The notes under the pieces were generated by a model that did not search any database, was not told the DNA's origin, and worked only from the letters and a program-made list of their open reading frames with translations. This document shows positions 43,908 through 48,175 of a stretch of 48,175 nt of DNA, piece by piece (position 1 is the first letter of the stretch; the number at the start of each line of letters is the position of its first letter). This DNA comes from Dissulfurispiraceae bacterium (GTDB lineage Bacteria > Nitrospirota > Thermodesulfovibrionia > Thermodesulfovibrionales > Dissulfurispiraceae). Location of the stretch: the NCBI GenBank assembly GCA_035506695.1, contig DATJOY010000066.1, forward strand, positions 1 to 48,175, read 5' to 3'. Position numbers and translations under genes: made by a program.

Positions 43908-45287
43908 TTGATGCCAAGGAAGACAATTTTAATCGTAGATGACGAGCAGGGAATCAGGGAGAGCCTGACGGGGATATTCGAGGACGAAGGGTATGAAGTC
44001 CTTGCGGCGCCTTCTGCGGAGGATGGCCTTGCAACTATAAGAGAGAAGACCCCGGACATAATATTTCTTGATGTATGGCTTCCGGAGATGGACGGACTTG
44101 AGGCGTTGTCGAAAATCAACGAGATGGAAAAGGGCATCCCGATAATTATCATATCCGGGCACGCCAATATAGAGATTGCTGTCAAAGCGACCCGCCTCGG
44201 CGCCTACGACTTTCTTGAAAAGCCGCTCTCTCTCGACAAGGTCCTCCTTGTCGCACAAAGGGCGCTGGAGCGCAAGAAGCTGGAAATCGAAAATATGGTC
44301 CTCAGGGCAGGCCTCGAAAAGAAGTGGCGACTTGTGGGGGATTCCGAGAGAGTAAGTTCACTTAAACAACAGATAGAGCTGGCTGCACAGAGCAACTCAC
44401 GGGTGCTTATCCTTGGAGAGAGCGGCACCGGCAAGGAGTTGGTCGCGCGCTTGCTGCATGAACAGGGTCCTCGTTCGTACGGGCCGTTTATTGAGGTCAA
44501 TTGCGCCGCCATTCCGCAGGAACTTATAGAAAGCGAACTCTTCGGCCATGAAAAGGGTTCTTTTACCGGGGCTTCCGAAAGGAAAATCGGAAAATTCGAA
44601 CTCGCCAATGAAGGTTCGCTGTTTCTTGACGAGATCGGAGACATGACTTTGCAGACACAGGCAAAGGTCCTGCGGGTCCTTGAAACGCAGGTCTTCCAGA
44701 GAGTCGGCGGAGCGAAAAGCATCAAGGTCGATGTCAGGATTATCGCTGCTACCAATAAAGACATAGCCGAAGAAGTAAGGAAAGGCGGCTTTAGGGAGGA
44801 CCTTTACTTCCGGCTCAACGTAATACCGATAATAGTGCCACCGCTGCGAGAGAGAAAGGATGATATTGCTCAACTGGCGAGGTTTTTTATCGAGCTCTTC
44901 GCATCTGAAAGCGGGATCAGGCAAAAGGAACTCGACCCGGAGGTAGTCCGCCTGTTTCAGGCTTATAGCTGGCCCGGCAACATCAGGGAGTTGAGGAATG
45001 CTGTTGAGAGGCTCATGATAATGGTGCCCTCAAGCGTGATTACTGCAGCCGACATCGCAGCTCTTGGAATGCTTGATCCTTCCCGCGCAGTGAGGGAGAA
45101 CGATTTCTTTTCTTACGCGACGTTAAAAGAGGCGCGCGACGCCTTTGAAAAGGATTACATATGCCGAAAGTTGCAGGAAAACGACTGGAACATCACCCGG
45201 ACTGCCGATGCAATAGCGGTCGAGAGGAGTAATCTTCACAAGAAGATCAAATCATACGGGATATCGGAAAGCAGGATCAAGGGATGA
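43908..45287 (+). CDS. ntrX: Sigma-54-dependent response regulator, NtrX/NtrC-like
   Basis: It has a receiver domain (ILIVDDEQGI...DVWLPEMDG), an AAA+ domain (GESGTGKELVA, GSFTGA) and a C-terminal HTH (TRTADAIAVERSNLHKKIKSY). Confidence 0.85.
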   Translation: MMPRKTILIVDDEQGIRESLTGIFEDEGYEVLAAPSAEDGLATIREKTPDIIFLDVWLPEMDGLEALSKINEMEKGIPIIIISGHANIEIAVKATRLGAYDFLEKPLSLDKVLLVAQRALERKKLEIENMVLRAGLEKKWRLVGDSERVSSLKQQIELAAQSNSRVLILGESGTGKELVARLLHEQGPRSYGPFIEVNCAAIPQELIESELFGHEKGSFTGASERKIGKFELANEGSLFLDEIGDMTLQTQAKVLRVLETQVFQRVGGAKSIKVDVRIIAATNKDIAEEVRKGGFREDLYFRLNVIPIIVPPLRERKDDIAQLARFFIELFASESGIRQKELDPEVVRLFQAYSWPGNIRELRNAVERLMIMVPSSVITAADIAALGMLDPSRAVRENDFFSYATLKEARDAFEKDYICRKLQENDWNITRTADAIAVERSNLHKKIKSYGISESRIKG

Positions 45288-46636
45288 GTGCGATTGTTGC
45301 GATTATAGGACGGCCCAATGTCGGCAAATCATCCCTTTTCAACCGGATGATCAGGAAGCCCAAAGGGCGCAGACCTGCCGCAATTACCGAAGAAACACCC
45401 GGCGTAACGCGGGACCGCAATTACGGTTCTGTCGAATGGGAAGGACGCCATTTTACCGCTATAGATACCGGTGGGTTCTATCCCGAAGGCCTTCCCCATG
45501 AAGCCAAAGAGATTGCCGGACAGGTGCGGGAACAGGCGCTGTTTGCCATCGAGGAGTCTGATCTGATCATTCATCTCCTTGATGGAAAGGAAGGTCTCAT
45601 CCCGTCGGACCGGGAAATGGCTGACTTCCTTAGGGCTTCCGGTAAAAAGGTCATATGGGCGGTTAATAAGATCGATGTCCCATCGAGGGAAGGCAATATA
45701 ATTGATTTCTACGGCATCGGGGCAGATGATATATATCCTGTCTCAGCCTCCAGCGGCCTCGGTTTTGAGGAGCTGATGGACAGGATTGTCTCTGAGCTGC
45801 CGCCTTCCGATGAGATCCTTGACACCGAGCTTCAAATGCTACCTAAAGTGGCAGTCATCGGCAAGCCCAATGTAGGAAAATCGACACTTGTTAATGCGCT
45901 TCTCGGCAAGAAAAGGCTCATTGTCAGCCCTGTGCCGGGGACTACTCGCGATTCGATTGATTCGATCTGTACATATTACGGAGAAAACTTTCTCTTCATA
46001 GATACTGCGGGCATCAGGAAAAAACCACGTCAATACTCGGTCGAGGGACTTTCGGTAATGAGAACTATTAGGAGCATCGAACGTGCCGATGTGGTCGTAA
46101 TTCTGATCGATGCGTCCCAGGGAATCGGTGATCAGGAGCAGAAAATTGCGGGAATGGCGGAAGAGCTGGGCAAGGGGGTAATACTTTTTTTCAACAAGTG
46201 GGATCTTGTTGAAAACTCCGAAATAGTTTACAAAGGGCTTTCAGATGAGATAAGACGTAAGCTCTGGTTCATGGAATATGTGCCATGGCTGACAGCCTCC
46301 GGCCTCAGGAAAACCAGGATTACCAACATATTCCCGCTGATCAAAGAGATCATATCTGAAAGACGGAAGAAGATCAAAACTCATGAACTGAATGAACTCC
46401 TGATCAAGACCTTGCAGAGAAAACCCTTCCCTCTGTACAAGGGCAAGGAGCTTAAATTCTATTACATTACGCAAACCGGAATTGACCCCCCCACTTTCAG
46501 GATATTTGTCAATTTTCCTGCCGGTGTCAAGGCGCAGCAGATTGGGTATATTGAAAAGGCTTTGAGAGTTCGCTATTCTTTTAAGGGGACCCCGATACGC
46601 CTTTTTGTCAAGGCACGTCGGATTATGGTAAAATAA
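45284..46636 (+). CDS. der: Ribosome-assembly GTPase Der (EngA)
   Basis: It has two tandem GTPase domains (GRPNVGKSSLFN; GKPNVGKSTLVN) and a KH-like C-terminus. It has an ATGA overlap with the ntrX-like stop. Confidence 0.95.
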   Translation: MSAIVAIIGRPNVGKSSLFNRMIRKPKGRRPAAITEETPGVTRDRNYGSVEWEGRHFTAIDTGGFYPEGLPHEAKEIAGQVREQALFAIEESDLIIHLLDGKEGLIPSDREMADFLRASGKKVIWAVNKIDVPSREGNIIDFYGIGADDIYPVSASSGLGFEELMDRIVSELPPSDEILDTELQMLPKVAVIGKPNVGKSTLVNALLGKKRLIVSPVPGTTRDSIDSICTYYGENFLFIDTAGIRKKPRQYSVEGLSVMRTIRSIERADVVVILIDASQGIGDQEQKIAGMAEELGKGVILFFNKWDLVENSEIVYKGLSDEIRRKLWFMEYVPWLTASGLRKTRITNIFPLIKEIISERRKKIKTHELNELLIKTLQRKPFPLYKGKELKFYYITQTGIDPPTFRIFVNFPAGVKAQQIGYIEKALRVRYSFKGTPIRLFVKARRIMVK

Positions 46637-46738
46637 CTTGCCGGAGCGCCTGTGTCCAGGCAAATGTGCTTTGCATGGTGCGCGACAGTGACTTTCAAAT
46701 CTAATACTTGGTATTGCGGTCTCCAAGGAGGAAAACAA

Positions 46739-47158
46739 ATGCAAAAAATTCTGGTCGCCCATGACGGCTCCAAATCATCCGATAAGGCTTTGAAGAAGGC
46801 GATTGAGCTGACCACAAATTTCAACTCCTCGCTCACCATACTCGCCGTTGTGCCGGAGCTGTACCTGACTGAACTTGGTGACGCAGACCGAAACCGCATC
46901 ACCGATTCACTGACCCGCGAGACCACAGATTCGATGGAAAAGATCAGAAAGGCGCTTTCAGGGAAATCGATCGACGTTAAAACAGTTGTGAGGCAAGGTG
47001 ATCCAGCAGAAAAAATCCTTGAGACCGCGCAGAAGATGAAAGTCGACCTTATTGTGACCGGCTCTCATGGAAGGCACGGAACAAAGAAGTTTCTTCTCGG
47101 CAGCGTCTCGGGTAAAATTGTTGATTATTCGAAGTGCCCGGTGCTGGTAGTCAAATAA
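46739..47158 (+). CDS. Universal stress protein (UspA family)
   Basis: The start is taken at MQKILVAHDGS, preceded by AAGGAGG. The C-terminal motif is VTGSHGRHGTKKFLLGSVSGKIVDYSKCPVLVV. Confidence 0.9.
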   Translation: MQKILVAHDGSKSSDKALKKAIELTTNFNSSLTILAVVPELYLTELGDADRNRITDSLTRETTDSMEKIRKALSGKSIDVKTVVRQGDPAEKILETAQKMKVDLIVTGSHGRHGTKKFLLGSVSGKIVDYSKCPVLVVK

Positions 47159-47159
47159 C

Positions 47160-48029
47160 CTACCAAATTAACCGCGCCTTTCTGTTTGCCCAGCACGAAA
47201 AGGAGATATCGACAAAATAAGATTGGGGATGGCGGTGGGCTACCGCAACCTTCACCCCAAGGGCTGTAACATTTCTTGCCAGCCCCTCAACCTTCTTGCC
47301 TGCTTCATTTACTTCTCTCAATATATCAGCCTCAAGGGTTGCAAGGCGCTCATCCGGGTGCTTTACGTCGATTCTGCCTGCAAGCTGCCGGCGGGAGAGA
47401 AATGCTGCCTGGTCCCTGGCTCCACCGATGGCAATCCCAATTGTATAAGGAGGGCAGCCCCTTCCCTCCGTTTTGGCTACGGCATCAAGAACACATTTTT
47501 TTACTCCTTCGAAATCGCGCCCGGCTACAAATTCCCCGGACTCCCCGCTGCCTGAAATCAATCGAACCGGGAGTTTATATGTGCATCCGAGGTTCTCGCA
47601 TTCCGAACCCTGAAGCAGGAGGTCAACAGTAAGAGAACTTTTTTCGGTTTCTTCCATGTGAATGAGCGGGAAGTAGAGCCCGGTGTTGTCGCCGCTGTTT
47701 ACACCTGTAAGTATGTCCACGGCATTCGGGCTCAGAGGCACCTTTTTGGTTGCAATACGGGTGGCATCGATGATTGTCTCGCGAACAAGCAGTTGGTTGA
47801 GACCCCTTGGGACCCAAACGAAAAAGAATGGTATGCCTGTATCAAGACAGAGAGGCCGCACCATCTTCCGGGCAGTTGTAATCTCTTTCAGAATTGTCCC
47901 GACCGACTCTTTTACATTGGGTGCGGTTTCAGCCTCGTAAGCCTTTTTGAGAGCGTCTTCTACATCGGTTGGGATGGCCGAAGCCACCTTTTTATAAAGC
48001 TCAACAATGCCGGCCCGAAGTTTCAGCAC
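47160..48029 (-). CDS. Class I (Fe-S) fumarate hydratase / tartrate dehydratase, alpha (N-terminal) subunit
   Basis: 289 aa. PLCLDTGIPFFFV and the overall pattern match the Fe-S hydro-lyase alpha subunit. It has a GTG start. No beta-subunit gene follows it. Confidence 0.8.
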   Translation of the reverse strand: MLKLRAGIVELYKKVASAIPTDVEDALKKAYEAETAPNVKESVGTILKEITTARKMVRPLCLDTGIPFFFVWVPRGLNQLLVRETIIDATRIATKKVPLSPNAVDILTGVNSGDNTGLYFPLIHMEETEKSSLTVDLLLQGSECENLGCTYKLPVRLISGSGESGEFVAGRDFEGVKKCVLDAVAKTEGRGCPPYTIGIAIGGARDQAAFLSRRQLAGRIDVKHPDERLATLEADILREVNEAGKKVEGLARNVTALGVKVAVAHRHPQSYFVDISFSCWANRKARLIW

Positions 48030-48175
48030 GTAAAACTCGTGAGGTAAATAGTGTGTAGGGGAGAATGCGGTCTCATAAAAAGGCCTCCCGGCGACGTTAT
48101 TTTATAAAAAGAATATCAGAATTACGACGCTTTGGCAAATCAGGGCATTTGAACGCCTTGACTCATGCCCCTTCT

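Noticed and set aside
1-48175. I searched by eye for CRISPR arrays, transposase/integrase genes, phage or defence-island hallmarks, rRNA and tRNA genes.
   Set aside because: I saw no regularly spaced direct repeats, recombinase or transposase motifs, or rRNA/tRNA-like sequences. Apart from the small DUF2283 cassette and the mini-HNH gene, the window is core-genome in character.

Overview
This looks like a housekeeping-type chromosomal segment of a bacterium. GC content is moderate by eye. The gene content (Pta/AckA, long Acs enzymes, SelB, a small 4Fe-4S ferredoxin, DUF507 proteins, two sigma-54 regulators) suggests an anaerobe, but I cannot determine the lineage from this window. About 50 protein genes are tightly packed, and many adjacent pairs have ATGA or TAATG stop/start overlaps. 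I found no rRNA, tRNA, CRISPR array, transposase or integrase. The left 17 kb is an unusually complete acetate node. It holds ackA-pta, a divergent cNMP/CBS/DUF294 nucleotidyltransferase plus a DEDD-exonuclease-like gene, an MFS carrier, two tandem acs paralogs, and then an AcuC-like deacetylase, an AcuB-like CBS protein and a Pat-type lysine acetyltransferase. The rest is core metabolism and translation: leuA, rlmN, hisH, selB, htrA, ispD/ispF, trpC, rpsF-ssb-rpsR, proA, nadD, hisI, der and a fumarase alpha subunit. Three histidine kinases and two NtrC-type regulators are interspersed. The best candidate for an uncharacterised system is the ligand-gated DUF294 nucleotidyltransferase/exonuclease-like pair wired into the acetate locus. 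Secondary leads are a DUF507x2 + mini-HNH module translationally chained onto the S6-SSB-S18 operon, a terminator-type attenuator in front of leuA, an amber-interrupted small ORF in front of a DUF2283 gene, and a 166-nt inverted-repeat-closed element between convergent genes. All product calls come from reading motifs in the supplied translations. No database search was run.
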